In this document: piece after piece, positions 1-12,991 of the stretch | Position numbering within the stretch: position 1 is the first letter of the stretch | Layout of the letters: each line of letters starts with the position of its first letter | Assembly (NCBI GenBank): GCA_964016885.1 | Contig: OZ024758.1 | Coordinates: 13,764,001 to 13,828,000, forward strand | Source of the DNA: Eledone cirrhosa | Lineage: Eukaryota | DNA: 64,000 bases | Direction of reading: 5' to 3' | The notes under the pieces: model-generated | Databases searched by the model: none | What the model saw: the letters and a program-made list of their open reading frames with translations, nothing else | What the model was told of the DNA's origin: nothing | Made by a program: the position numbers and the translations under genes

Positions 1-50
1 AAAAACAACAACTTTATCATAAGAATTGGAGATAATTCTTCTGGTACTAT

Positions 51-230
51 AGTGAAGTGAACAAGATTCGAACCCATGAATCAGGACACTTCTGAAATTA
101 ATAAGTAAGTCGAGCTGTTAACCATTCGGCCACATAGGTAACTGCTCATAGTGTCCTCTGTAGTGAAATGAACAAGATTCGAACCCGTGTAAGATGATAA
201 TACGGAGGTTGCTACTAACTCAGCCAAGTA
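51..230 (-). repeat. Two tandem degenerate tRNA-like/SINE-head units
   Basis: Minus strand has B-box GGTTCGAATC (plus 65-74 and 176-185) and A-box-like GTGGCCGAATGG (plus 122-133). AGTGAARTGAACAAGATTCGAACCC is repeated at 51 and 162. No intact cloverleaf seen. Confidence 0.45.
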
Positions 231-463
231 GGACAAAAAGGTAAACGTTATTTAAAATAAGGTTTATAAAGAGAAAGCAAATTTTAAAGCGTTTCCTGAA
301 AGAGGGGGGGATGTCTTCATTTTGTTTTTTATACTCTCTTTTACCTAAATATTTCACTGTTTTACTCTCTTATTTCCTAATAAATTCGACTTAATTCCTT
401 TAAATATTCAGTCTTGGTCATAATAAACTAGTTTCTTTATTTATGTCACAATTAGAACTTTTA

Positions 464-709
464 TTTCGCAATGCAGACGACAAGAAGACAAACAAATACC
501 GGAGGAAATTTTATGGCCGCTTTACACCCTTTACACCGGTCGGCGTCGAGACCTCAGCCGTCCTCGGACCCCGGACAGCCGACCTCTTCCGTAAAATCGG
601 ATCGATAGCAGACAGTCCGTCTGAGGAAGGAGCCCAACGAGGTGGGATTGCTGTTGCAGCGTATGTAGCTGGCCATTGTCCGCGGGGCACAGCCGAAACA
701 TCGCTCTGA
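464..709 (+). mobile_element. Degenerate 3' end (restriction-like endonuclease region) of a CRE-clade non-LTR retrotransposon
   Basis: GC-rich island. One frame reads ADDKKTNKY..FTPVGVETSAVLGPRTADLFRKIG. After a frameshift, the frame from 621 reads LRKEPNEVGLLLQRM*LAIVRG. Together these match the CRE C-terminal pattern E..K..KY...F.P.AVET.G..G...IG....EP.E...L.QR.S.AI.RGN. Confidence 0.75.
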
Positions 710-1689
710 TCTAGGTGTAGAGTCTGTCACCCTCACTCCTTCCCTCTTTCTTTCTCCTTTTGTCAAGTAGTCCTTGCTCTTTCCTTCTTTTTCCTCTCAT
801 TTATGGCATTTATAGTTCTTTCCAATACTGCTTTCTTTTTCTGTATGTTTAACTAAACACAAATTACCTCTCTCTCTTTAAAAGGTCTACATTATGTAAC
901 ATCTACTGTTTAAGATGTTAGGAGACGTATATTTGGATGCTATTTCTAGCAGGTCGAGCGAGCTAGTAGTGTCTCAGTAGTTATCAGAAGTACGTCTAGG
1001 GATACATTATCTGATATTTAATGTATATTTATAAATGTATAATTTAGCTGTTATTTTTGGCAGATTGAACGAGTTGGTATAATTTCAACAGTTGCCTCCC
1101 TTTACATTTTGAAGATATCGTAGAGGAATTATGAAAAAGCGATACCATTTCGTGAACTGTTGTCGCTGACAATTTACAAATTCCTCCCTGGTATGCAACA
1201 TATGTAAGGGAGGCAACATAAGGACACAGATAAATATATATATATATACATGCTGTTTTACCTTTAATAGGACGAGGTTACTCCCCTCCTGTGTTTTATA
1301 CTTTAGAATTTGGTTAGCATATTATATTAAGAAGGTGGTCTGTCTTTCCGTTTGTTGCGCTCACTTTATATAGAGAGGGGGAGCGCCAAGCGAGAGATAT
1401 GTAGATATATATAGAGAGACAAAAGAACGCTATGTGTTTTCGAGGTGACAGAAAGTTATGACGTAACCCTCATCTACATATATATATAGAGAGAGAGGGG
1501 GGAGCGCCAAGCGAAAGAGTTGTGTATAAATAGAGAGAAAAGAAACACCATTTGTTTAGAAAGAGTGTGTGTGTGAAAATGGATGTTAAACGACGATGAT
1601 GATGACATACATACATACATACATACATACATACATACATACATACATGCGTATGTTCATCCACCCATCCATACATGTGTAAATATCAT

Positions 1690-1872
1690 TATCATTATCA
1701 CCGGTTTACGTCATTTTCCAGGCTAGCATGGGTTAGACGAGTTGTCCTGTTGTGGGCAATGTTAGGTCAGGTGACCATGTCTTTCTCATACAGAACTGAC
1801 TAAGGCTTGGTTTTCATTTACACTGGATACTGGGTGCTTTTTGCTATGACGCCTACACGACCACTTTACAGT
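1690..1872 (-). mobile_element. RTE-type SINE/LINE 3' tail fragment
   Basis: Reverse complement of the tail AAAAAGCACCCAG...CCCATGCTAGC.TGGAA...(GAT)n seen in many other copies in the window. Confidence 0.6.
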
Positions 1873-1894
1873 ACATACATACACACACACACAC

Positions 1895-1920
<26 letters not shown>

Positions 1921-1926
<6 letters not shown>

Positions 1927-2375
1927 AAGTATACTCTACAAGGTTCCTCCTAATAAATTCGATATGGGATAGTTCACAAATTAAAAGACAATGGAACATT
2001 GTAACAGGATCACAGTTGATCCGGTGTTAATAATTAAAATCCCTTATCTGTAACTCTCACGAAACTAATACAAGTAGACATATTTTATGTTCTTTTACTG
2101 GGGTTTTTAAAGTAAAATTTGGAATTTTCCCTTAATATTAAAAATATATATATATATATTGAAGTATACTCTACAAGGTTCCTTCTAATAGATTCGATAT
2201 GGGATAGTTCACAAATTAAAAGACAATAGAACGTTGTAACAGGATCACAGTTGATCCGGTGTTAATAATTAAAATCGCTTATCTGTAACTCTCACGAAAC
2301 TAATACAAGTAGACATTTTAAATGTCCTTTTACTGTGGTTTTTAAAGTAAAATTTGGAATTTTCGCTTAATATTT
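1921..2375. repeat. ~235 bp tandem duplication anchored at (TA)n
   Basis: ATATTGAAGTATACTCTACAAGGTTCC...GGAATTTTC.CTTAATAT occurs at ~1921-2140 and ~2156-2375. An inverted fragment lies at ~15100-15145. Confidence 0.85.
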
Positions 2376-2440
2376 AAAAAATATTCTGTATTTAAAATGA
2401 TTTTATAAAATAATACATTTACAAACTGATTGATGAAAAG

Positions 2441-2630
2441 TACCGTATTTCCGGCGCTGAAGACGCTTCGTCCTCGAGGACGCGCCCTAATTTTGACAAC
2501 CAAAAATTTGAAAAAAAAAATAATAATAATAATAATAAACAAACTTCGGCTTCCAGGATAGACTCTATGGTAGATTTTTGAGACATATTTTAGGAAAGAA
2601 GTAGCGTCTTCGACGCCTGGAAATACGGTT
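2441..2630. mobile_element. Tc1/mariner(pogo)-type MITE
   Basis: TIRs TA-CCGTATTTCC ... GGAAATACGG. A second copy in the opposite orientation lies at 46414-46585. Confidence 0.8.
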
Positions 2631-2715
2631 CAATGAAAAGCTGGAAAGCTGGTTCAATGAAAACGGAGTTTTAAAAATTAATTTTTGAAAAATCATCTTC
2701 ATCTTGGTGGTGATT

Positions 2716-2753
<38 letters not shown>

Positions 2754-3228
2754 AATGATCCTACATCTGATGAGAGTAACACAGCTTACACCATTCTATT
2801 ACATATCAACTTTCCTTGGGCAGTCAAGTAGTTAAACTTGAGTAACTGGTTGCAGTATCACCAAATCAGCGTCAAGTACTTTTGACCAAATATGTATTCC
2901 CCTCTTGAACCTGAAAATATATATAAGTGGCTTACTAAACCCTTCCTTCTAGACATGACTCTTCAAACAACTAAAGTGATATATTTGAAGTTGTGTTGCA
3001 ATAAGTAGAAGTTATTCATAAATATGAACTATCTTTAAATAAAAGTAAAAAAGTTTTCTATACATTAAAAAAAAAATAGTAGAGACTTGACTGATATTTC
3101 TAACAAATCGAGGAACCACGTAAAGCTATTCTCACTGGTTGTATGTTCTTTGTATGTTGTAGAGAGATTGGTAAGCCAGTTAAATCTGGCACGATCCATG
3201 ATGGATCTAATATATTATTTATATACAA

Positions 3229-3412
3229 TGGATTGGCGGTATCGGTAGAGGATCGGACGCCATTCTTTGCAGCATAGAGTTACGGCTTTTTACTGTCTGA
3301 GTTCAAATCCCGCGGAAGTTTACTTTGCCTTTCATCTTTACGGGGTCGATAAAATAAAGTACCAGTAATACACTGAGGTAATTGCTGGCCTTGTGCCAAA
3401 AGTAGAAACAAT
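3229..3412 (+). mobile_element. tRNA-derived SINE family A (Nin/Deu-like core)
   Basis: A-box TGGCGGTATCGG, B-box GAGTTCAAATCC, core GCCTTTCATC.TTACGGGGTCGATAAAATAAAGTACCAG, tail GCTGGCCTTGTGCCAAAAGTAGAAACAATT. About 20 copies or fragments occur in the window. Confidence 0.85.
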
Positions 3413-4528
3413 TATTTATATGCTACTGTTGTTTTGTTTCATTTCTGAAGCCAAAATGTAATACCAATGGTTCTGTTAGTACATTCTTTCGTTTTCTTTA
3501 TTATGTGCAGTGTTAGAGTGTTAGAGGTCTTGTATGTAGTGACGGAACGAATACCACAAACCATTCTATTCGATATTATCTAACGATTCTGCCAATTCGT
3601 AGCCTAGAGATAGAACAGGTCGAAAGAAACTGTGTTTGTGTTTATGTGGTTGTATCACGTTTGTCATTGGATCTTTGCTGGTCTACAGAGTCAAGAAATG
3701 ACACTCCATCGCCAAATACCCACGTAAGCATTACTTAGCTAGAAATAGGAGAAAAATCTCCCTCAAATCACACTATCGACTAAAAAATAGGACGATACAT
3801 TAGACAATATCCTAAAAACAATAAAGGACGGATAATTACGAGAGAAATGTTTTTACTTGCTAATTTGACTCATCCCAATCGTTATTCTCTCTCTCACATG
3901 CTTTATCTTTCTATCTAAACTTCACTTATTCCGGTTATAAATAACATTATAAAATTGATCCGAAAGTGAAAACAAAAGTAACAGTTAAAAAAATATTCGG
4001 AAATTGAAGTGTCACTACTTGAATGTGGTCATTATGAGAGTGAAGTTTTGACATGAACCTAATATGGTTAAAATGGTGTCGTTATTGATATGTGTGGGTG
4101 GAGAGAAGGTCAGAGATGATCGTCAAAAAGAGATGATCATCGGAAAAAGAACAAGCACCTTGTAGATTGGGGAAGTCTTTAGCAAAAGAGGTGAATATAG
4201 TGTAAAATAAAAACAAAAGTGAGTTATCACCCTTTATCACTTTACTTAGACGAGAGGGCGCAGTTTGTATTGTGTTGATGGTACACAGTAGTTTCTGCAA
4301 AATATTCTATCGAGGTAATAATTACTACTACTCCTACTACCCTTGTTTGAAATCTAGCTTGTCACTCCCCTCTCTCATATAAATATAAAGTTACCAGTGT
4401 TGCCTACCATCATTGCAGCCTCAGCAACGACGCTTTCATATATTTATACACACACTTATATATATATATATACACACTCACATATGTAGTGTAAGAGTGC
4501 GTGTGTACGAGGAAGCGTCACTGACGGA

Positions 4529-4565
<37 letters not shown>

Positions 4566-5845
4566 CTGATTCGGTTATTAATACAACACATACGAGAAGG
4601 AAACACCGATTGGGGGAGGAGAGAAAAGAAAGGAAAAAAAAGGAAAATCCCTACCCCCCCCCCACTAAAAAAAAAAATACAACCAAACTTAAGACGGAGT
4701 ATAAAAAATCTACCCATTCAACACACATGTGGATGCATATTTATATAAAATTGACCATCTCTGCTTCAAATCTACGTATGTATACATAATTACAAACCTA
4801 TAAATGTACATATATTGATATATATATACACACATATATATATATGCTATGTACATACATTATATTACATTATAAACCAAAGGCTATATGCCCTAACTGA
4901 CAAGCTTGTAGAAGGTGTTGCCTTCGTCTCTGGGAAACTTCATTCAACCAGCAATATAAAACCGGTGGAAATTATTCTTGGAATCGCCATAGATACATGT
5001 AAAGCAATTCCTTTTTATCCAATTACTTGGGTATTTTATTTTCTTCATGATACGGGTGTATACATTGTTGTTTTATTAATCAAGTAATATAATTATTCAA
5101 ATTCTTACTCATCATCTTCAGCTTTATTTCCCCCCATCATCTCTATTATATCTTCCTCTTCAGGTCATTATTATTATTATATTATATTTTGTGTCTTTGG
5201 TAGCATTGCTTCCAGCTATTTTGGATGTCAAAAACTGTTGTCAAGGGTGAAGTTGTAGAAAATTCCTCGTTTTGAGGCAATAAAACTCATTTCTTTTTCT
5301 CTCTTTCTCTCTCACAAAATTAATAATATTAATATTTATAATAAATATAAATATAATAATAATCCACTTTGCCTAATCGAAATGCGGTGTGTTCATATGA
5401 AGCCCACACATTTTCTGTTTTTGCTACCATCAACAGTGTACCCCCAGCACGAGTGAGTGATGTTTGGTGCGACACAGGGCCAAGGGATGGCACCAAAAAC
5501 ACAACCACTGCCGCTAGTGCTGCTACCTTACAAACGACAGCGACCTTTTATCTTGCGCTACCATCGTTACCACCAACCATATATTCGAATCAATCACCCC
5601 AATAACAACACACTAACCACTACCATCACTTCTACTAAAAGCAACAGCACTGCCAATTTTCTACCTACTATTAAAGCTATACCATCTACAGGTACCCGCT
5701 CCGTTATACTCAATCCTACAACTTCGTTTCTAACTAATAACAAGAACCTGAACAACATTACTGTTGGTGTCAGTTCTGATTTTGGTGCTTTATATTCAAT
5801 TAGTTCGTCTAAAGCTAAAAACATTTTATCTTTATTATCGTCACG

Positions 5846-6100
5846 TACAGGGTGGTCACAAAATAGGGGATCATCGTGAAGCTAGGCAATACACACATAC
5901 ACACACACACACATACACATACACACACACACATATATATATATAGATATATATAGATATACACACACTCACACACACACACACATATATATATATACAG
6001 ATATATATATATACACACACTCACACACACTCATATATATATATATACAGATATATATATATATACACACACACTCACACGCACACATATATATATACAG

Positions 6101-6188
<88 letters not shown>

Positions 6189-6432
6189 GCACTTATATAT
6201 ATACACATTCATTCATTCACTCACACACAGGCACGCAAGTTGTTAAGACATAACTATACTACAACTAAATTTCACATCATTTCAAAACATAAATCAGGTA
6301 AAAATATATTATAAAGGAAAACTTCAAAAGAACAATTTCCCCGACCACAATCTTCAGAAGGATAAGACGTAGTTCTTTAATTGAAAATGTAAATTAAATT
6401 ATATATATGTATCCCTTTGTGACCACCCTGGA
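5846..6432. mobile_element. Tc1/mariner-type non-autonomous element with internal (CA)/(TA) expansion
   Basis: TIR CAGGGTGGTCACAAA at 5848 (preceded by TA) and TTTGTGACCACCCTG ending at 6430. Confidence 0.7.
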
Positions 6433-7246
6433 TGTTCTTTAACCCCCATTTTTTCCTCAATTTGCCCTTGTCAACTGCTAAACCGTGACATCTGTTTGTC
6501 ACTCAGTTAGTTTTATCATCTGTTATGAAACTATTTTAATATTTTTACTTGTATGAATTCATTGCTAAAAATTCGTCTCTTTGAGCTAATTACTCCATTT
6601 GTCATTAATTTCTCGCACTTTACTTTCAAATCAACTCCACTCAATCAACATGGTCAATGTTTTGACATTCGTTAATATGTGATAGTTGTTATATATATTA
6701 TTATTATTATTATTACAAATACTTCTTGGTTGCTTGTTGACTTTTTTCTCTTTTTATTTCTCTCTCCATATATTACTGATAGACTCTGCAAATATTTCGG
6801 TATAAACAAACAGAGCCCTTCCTCCTCTCTCTCTCTCTCTCTCCACCATCTTTTTTTCTTTTCTATATATATATATATTATTTTGGTTATTACGATTAAC
6901 AAATACATAAAACTATCTAAAATAAAATAAAATGAAAATAAAATAAAATCTGTCAAGAAATTCTCTTCCATTGAGAGGGAAATACGGAGTGCGCTAGAAA
7001 AATCAATAAATTTAGTAAACATACAATTTTGACGATGATTTGTAAATAAACAGTGTGGCATTGTACTGGCTTACAATAGCTTGTACCTGGTTTGCTAAAA
7101 TATACCCGGTTCAGGGAGATATTTTTTATACTCGATCATTCATTACTTATACAGACATACATAACATATTATCATTTGTTAGTCACTTATACACTTTCTT
7201 TTCTTTTTTTTCTATACTATATCAATTACCTGTTTACCGTTTTTGA

Positions 7247-9575
7247 ATGTTTGCTCTAACTAGATCGAAGTCAATGTCAAAGAAAACTTCTAAGACGTCG
7301 CCTTCTTCATCACCGCTGTCTTCGGCGGCTGTGGTGAAGGAGGCACCTGAGAGCTGGAAAAGCCGTAGTAACCGTAACAACAACAATAACAGACACCACC
7401 AGTTACAATATTCAGCCAGTCATTTGGGCTGTAGTACTAGTATAAGCAGTGGTGCTAGTGGTCCGAAAGTGACTAAGAAGTCGATTCACTCTACTATCGG
7501 TGGTAACCCAACCTCTATGACGTCTTCAAAGACTATGATAGATAGCAGTGGTGTAGCTGTCAATGAAACTAGTCTTGGTTTTCTTGGACGACTGAAGAGA
7601 AAGTTTAGGATCCATACTAACAAAGGTAACTACAGTCTTTGCCAGGAAAATTTATCAAACACTGGCCATTATATGGCCCGTAGTGAGAGCGAAATTTATG
7701 ATAATAATCACCACACGGGACTTTCTTGGAAAGAAACTAAATTACGCTCTGAAAGCTTGCCCCGTGCTCGGCAAAATCCCTTCCCAACTGTGAAAAAGAC
7801 ACAACATCGGCAGAATTCTACTTTCTGGGGAAGACATTTCCCAGATAACCAAAATATTGTAGACTCATCATGGCTCACTGAAGAATCCGAAGAGGGACAA
7901 ATATGTCACCCGTTGTTGAATGAATCTGGTGAAGTAAGGAATGATTTTTTGAGCTTGGATGAGTCTGCAATTGACTTGGATAATGAACATGCGACTAACG
8001 ATGTTTTGAATGAAGAACCAGGTTATGAAAGCTTGGAAGAAATTAAACTAAAGCTGCAGTTAAATAAATTAAAACATTCTTCTGTCTCGACTGTTCTTGA
8101 ATGCCCAGAAACGCCCGATACAAATGATTTGTGCTGCAATGGGGTTTCACTACAAGTTAAGTCCTCTTTGTTATCAGCAGCGTTGCCAAAAAATGGCCAC
8201 CTTAAAAATGCAGACCATATTAATAAAAACTGTCAGAATGGAACTGATAACATGTGTGAATGTACCAAAAATGCGGAGCTACTTCCTGTGGAGTTTAACA
8301 ATGATAACAAACTTGTGTATTACTGTGATGAAAGAATGACTCCACCACCTGCCTCATTAGCAGCAACGACGCTACAGTCGTTAAATTGTTGCCGTGGTAG
8401 GCAGACAGCAGAGAGTGGGTCAAAAATATGTCTGAATTTACCAACTTTGCAATTCTCGTGTCCTTCAAGAAATCCTTCAGTTGATGATACAAGTCCTGAC
8501 TCCTCTCACCTATTTTCTGATGAACTCTATGCAAATCCCCAAATCCTTATCCGCAAAAAATCCCGATCAAAACAATCATTTCAAGAATCTGATCGAACGA
8601 GTAAAGGTTCCGCATACGAAGGAATGCATTTTGCAACAGGTGGAAGTGATTCAAATGGCAACTCGAAAGAGAACAACGAACAAGATATGTCTCTCAAAGA
8701 AACACAAACAGACATAGCACCACCATTACCTGCTCGTAACTATCGCCCTGAAGAGAATGGAGAATCCGAGATTTGTGATTCTATTGGTAATTTGTGTAAT
8801 GACTATACTAAAGCACCTTCAATGGTGGAGAATAGCTCATCATCTGGCAAACCTTTATTCAATAACCTATGCTTACCTGAACCTTCACTCCCTCTGCCTC
8901 CCTCAGATATCCCTCCCCCACTTCCACCGGACAACCGAAAGTCAGTGTTTGCTGGTAGTAGTAATAGTTCAAGTGATAAAGTGAGTGCTAATGTGATAAA
9001 TCCAATGACTAAACTTCGGCTGAATGAGCAGCCTTCACTGGCAGCATCTTCTTTAGAGCAGTTGTTGCAAGATTCTTCAGCCGCTCCGTCTATAAAACGG
9101 CGTGTTCTTGATGAACCGATTCATGCTTCCTTGGAGGAGGTTTTCCCCAGAATGCGTACACAACATAATCCTAGTCGATCAAAGTTAACTGCTTCCTGGA
9201 ACGGGGAGCGTTTAAATGCCAACACCAGTAATCATTGGGATTTTTTCATGAAGGACAGTCTCCCAAAGTCTTTGTCTTCATCAAAAGTCTTAGATGAACC
9301 TATACATGCATCATTAGATGAGGTATTTCCTCAGAGAAGACAGAGGCAAAATGCTAACTGGAACAGAAACAGTCTCTCATCTTTGAACTGTAATGGAAGA
9401 CGTTTCCCCAGTGCTGAAAGCAAATGGGAGGTTGTTGTTCAAGAAGGCAGCCCTAATCTATTTGGATGTACCCAGATGTTTCCTAGTGTTAATGGCCTGA
9501 TTAATCCGGAGATTCCACCACCATTGCCTGCTAAACGGAAAACTAACCAAAGCTGTTTAGGATCCTGCAAATCTG
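7247..9575 (+). CDS. Large (probably first) coding exon of a signalling adaptor-like protein with a disordered N-terminus; possibly SOCS6/7-like
   Basis: 2.3 kb stop-free, non-repetitive frame with higher GC than its flanks. SH3-ligand motifs PPLPARN, PPPLPPDN, PPPLPAKRK; Tyr motifs EPGYESL, ELYANP. The basic segment SLGFLGRLKRKF recalls the SOCS6/7 N-terminus. Strong donor TCTG|GTGAGT at 9575/9576 (phase 1), after which composition turns intronic. Exon call is firm; family identity is weak (~0.3) because no folded domain is visible. Confidence 0.9.
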
Positions 9576-9581
9576 GTGAGT
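9576..9581 (+). other. 5' splice donor GTGAGT
   Basis: Consensus G|GTGAGT at the transition from coding to AT-rich sequence. Confidence 0.8.
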
Positions 9582-9657
9582 TGAAAACTTTGGTTATTTT
9601 TGTAAATTTACACATATTTCTAAATGTACTCCATTATATGTTTTTATATTTTTACAT

Positions 9658-9869
9658 TTAACCCTTTAGCATTTACATTACTCTATATATACTATTGTAT
9701 TTTTGTGGTAAAGGCTTCCCCTTTCATAATTATCTCACATAATAACTAATCTGAGATTTTGAGAACAATACCTTAACGAAAGTATGAGCAGCCTGTTAAG
9801 GCTGGTTTGAAGAATAGGAGGTGAGAGAATTCTGGCTGGATATGGCAGGTTTAAATGTTAAAGGGTTAA
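9658..9869. mobile_element. piggyBac-type MITE (family P1)
   Basis: TTAA-CCCTTTAGCATTTA ... TAAATGTTAAAGGG-TTAA. A partial second copy ends at 10103. Confidence 0.85.
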
Positions 9870-10435
9870 GTACCAAGTGTCACATCGACGTTTTAGAATA
9901 CCCCTAATGATAATCATTTCAGGTATAAACACAAAAACTACTTTTGTATAAGCCATTGAATTTAAACCTGTATGTTATTTATATTATTCATTTTGAAAAC
10001 AATACCTTAACATAAGTATGAGCAGCCAGTAATGGCCAATTTTAACAGAAAGAGGTGAGAGAATTCTGGTTGGATACAACTGATTTAAATGCTAAAGGGT
10101 TAATCATGTTTTTATATTTATTCATTATATATTTTTATATTTGCACATTTTTTATAGTTGCTCATGTTTTTATATTATTTATTCATTGTATATATTTATA
10201 TATTTTATGAAATAACAATGAAAAAAACAACAAACAAAAAACAATTTACAAAATGGGTTAAATGATTGGTTGATATGATTAAGACTTTAATTTAAACAAG
10301 AATATAAATTGAAATTTAGCTACAGGTGTTTAGCATTGTTGCTTTGGGAAATGGTAAATACTGTTACCTTGCTTGAATTGACAGGTGATTGATCTTGGGA
10401 AATGTAACAGTGCTTCCTGTAACCAATTGAAGACC

Positions 10436-10841
10436 TCGCAGCGTATCTAGGTCATACCAGCGTTGTAGTGTATCTAGGTCATGCCAGCTTCGCAATGTAT
10501 CTAGGTCATGTCAGCTGTGTGTTGTATCTAGGTCATGTCAGTGCCGTGTTGTATCTAGGGCATGTCAGCTTCGCGTTGTATCTAGGCCATGTCAGCGTTG
10601 CAGTGTATCTAGGTCATGTCAGCTTTGCAGTGTATCTAGGTCACGTCAGCTTCACAGTGTATCTAGGTCACGTCAGCTTCGCATTGCATCTAGGCCACGT
10701 CAGCTTTGCAGTGTCTCTAGGTCATGTCAGCTTCTCAGTGTATCTAGGTCACGAGAGCTTCACATTGTATCTAGGTCATGTCAGCTTCTCAGTGTATCTA
10801 GGCCATGCCAGCTTCGTAGTGTATCTAGGTCATGTCAGCTC
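10436..10841. repeat. 27 bp minisatellite, ~15 copies
   Basis: Unit approximately GTATCTAGGTCATGTCAGCTTCGCAGT. Confidence 0.95.
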
Positions 10842-10993
10842 CATTTCAAAGACATAGAAGCAGATATTGTTATCTTTTCGTCTACATAGAATTGTTTCTC
10901 TTAGTGAAGGCACTTGGCTTAGTGATTAGAGAATTGTATTCACAATTGTAAGGTTGTCAGTTTGATTCCCAAACCAGGCGATATGTTGTGCCC

Positions 10994-11206
10994 TTAACCC
11001 TTTAGCATTTACATTACTCTATATTTTCATGATAAAAGCTTTACCTCACGTAAGTATCTCACATCATATCGAATCTGAGATTTTTGATATTTATTTTGAG
11101 AACAATACCTTAACATCAGTATGAGTGGCCAGTTGTAGCCGGTTTAAACAGAAAGAGGTGAGAGAATTCTGGCCGGATATGGCTGGTTTAAATGCTAAAG
11201 GGTTAA
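10994..11206. mobile_element. piggyBac-type MITE P1 inserted into a SINE-B head
   Basis: TTAA on both sides (10994-10997, 11203-11206). Removing it restores GTTGTGCCCTTAAGCAA of the SINE that starts at ~10905. Confidence 0.9.
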
Positions 11207-11451
11207 GCAATGTTGGACTTTTTCTCAAATAGTTGGAGCATTTGTAAAATAACCTCATGTATGTGCTCTGTGCTTTGATACATACATGAAGGTACGTGGA
11301 TTCACAATCGCGAGGTTGTGAGTTTGATTCCCAGACCAGCCGATGTTTTGTGTTCTTTATTTTACATTTCTCTTTCTACCAGGGGTTGTGACTGGTAGAT
11401 AATAATGATGTGACAAAACTGTATTTTTTTTTTTTTTTTTTTTGTCACATC

Positions 11452-11543
11452 ACCAGTCTGAGGAGCAGATCGATACTGGAGTCGGGTCCATAACTCCTAT
11501 GGGTCACCTTGAGCCAATCCTCTGTGAAACACGCGTAACAGGT
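11452..11543 (+). ncRNA. Type I hammerhead ribozyme-like fold (Penelope-like element 3' end)
   Basis: ACCAGT-CTGAGGA(11458-11464)-GCAGA...TCTGT-GAAA(11526-11529)-CACGCG-TA-ACAGGT. AATAAA follows at 11552, then a long (TA)n from ~11649. Confidence 0.7.
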
Positions 11544-11643
11544 CAATACACAATAAATATGTTTTATATATAAATTAATCTTTTTCTATTATATACAGTC
11601 TGCCTGTGCACTGAGTGCTTGATTTGGTACCAACACCAGTATT

Positions 11644-11789
<146 letters not shown>

Positions 11790-11816
11790 CCCACTTCTGA
11801 CAATCATAATATTATG

Positions 11817-12165
11817 GAGGCACATGGCTTAGTGGTTAGAGCAGTGGCCTTGCAATCGAAAGGTTGTGAGTTCAATTCTCAGACCGGGTGATGTGTTGTT
11901 TCCTTGAGCAAGACACTTTATTTCACATTGCTCCAGTTTACTCAGCTGTAGAAATGAGATGATAGGGACTGGGGTCCCTATCATTCCACTGTAAAGTGGA
12001 CATGTAGGCGCCACGGAAAAAAGCTCCCAGCACTCACTGTAAATGAGGTTGGTGTTAGGAAGGGCATCCAGCTGTAGAAATCAAGCCAGAATCAGTTCCC
12101 GTCCCACCCTTGCAAGCAGGGAAAAAGCAGACATAAAAATGAAATGATGATGAAATGATGATGAT
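11817..12165 (+). mobile_element. tRNA-derived SINE family B (CORE/V-like body, RTE-like (GAT)n tail), full length
   Basis: A-box TGGCTTAGTGG, B-box GAGTTCAATTC, body TTCCTTGAGCAAGACACTT, tail GGTGTTAGGAAGGGCATCCAGCTGTAGAAA...(TGA)n. Near-identical to 36560-36903(-) and 60448-60795(+). Confidence 0.85.
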
Positions 12166-12424
12166 ATATATATATATATATATAAAGTGTTAAATGAATG
12201 TGTTAACTTAGAAGATAATACAGTTTATCTGTTGGAGTATTTTAAGTCTATATCCAACCATCTTGGTGCCATATGATCCTTTTAGTCATTACACTTAGTG
12301 CTTCCTTTTTTATTTTTGGTAGTTTTGTTATATTTTCTTATTTTTATCGACTCCTTATTTTATAGCTCTATTATTTACTTCCTTTGCTCATCTTACCCCA
12401 CCCCTATCAAGAATGTTAACTATA

Positions 12425-12504
12425 TACTGGGTGTCCTCCCAAAAATGTATATACATTTGAGTTATCTGCTTTTGAAGTGTGTATACATTTTTTGGGACAC
12501 CCTG

Positions 12505-12506
<2 letters not shown>
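12425..12506. mobile_element. ~80 bp mariner-type MITE
   Basis: TA-C(T)GGGTGTCC..CCAAAAATGTATA ... TATACATTTTTTGGGACACCCTG-TA. Confidence 0.75.
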
Positions 12507-12538
<32 letters not shown>

Positions 12539-12991
12539 CACTCACACACACATGGACACACCTCACACATGCACACAAACATACATACACACAAAACACA
12601 TGGACACACACATGGACAAACACACAAACGCACATGGACACACGCAAACACAAACATATGGGCACACACAACACACATGGACGCACACATGGACACACAC
12701 ACATACACAACACACTAGTAAAATCTGGTCTGTTGCCAGGCTGTTGATTGAACAAGCTTTCTCATTGAAACTTCAGTGTGACACAAATTTCAGATATGTA
12801 TCTGTCTAAAAAAATTGGCACCTTACTAAGATATAATATCAAAGAAATCCGAGGCAGCATATATCTTGTTTCATTTTAGTAATTCTACATTAATTTATTG
12901 TTATAGCAGGAAGAGGAATGGATTGGAGTATTAGAGATAGTGTTGGAATTAAAAGGTTCTTTCAGTATCTAGGCTTTCTCTACCATTCTGT

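Noticed and set aside
51-140. Functional tRNA gene
   Set aside because: A and B boxes are present, but the acceptor and anticodon stems do not pair and the unit is tandemly degenerate.
1430-1478. Minus-strand TAGATGAGGG...CCTCGAAAAC hammerhead-like motif
   Set aside because: Core and stems are too degenerate to support a call; it may be a very old remnant.
2765-2800. CTGATGAGAGTAA... as a hammerhead
   Set aside because: No GAAA or stem III after the putative stem II.
5457-5879. 140 aa ORF as an independent gene
   Set aside because: Low-complexity Thr/Asn content, no recognisable domain, and its end runs into a transposon TIR.
9576-9661. C-terminal ~28 aa of the 804 aa ORF (ELKTLVIFV...YFYI) as a transmembrane tail
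   Set aside because: It is read-through past a consensus splice donor into AT-rich intron. The stop codon is part of the TTAA target site of a MITE.
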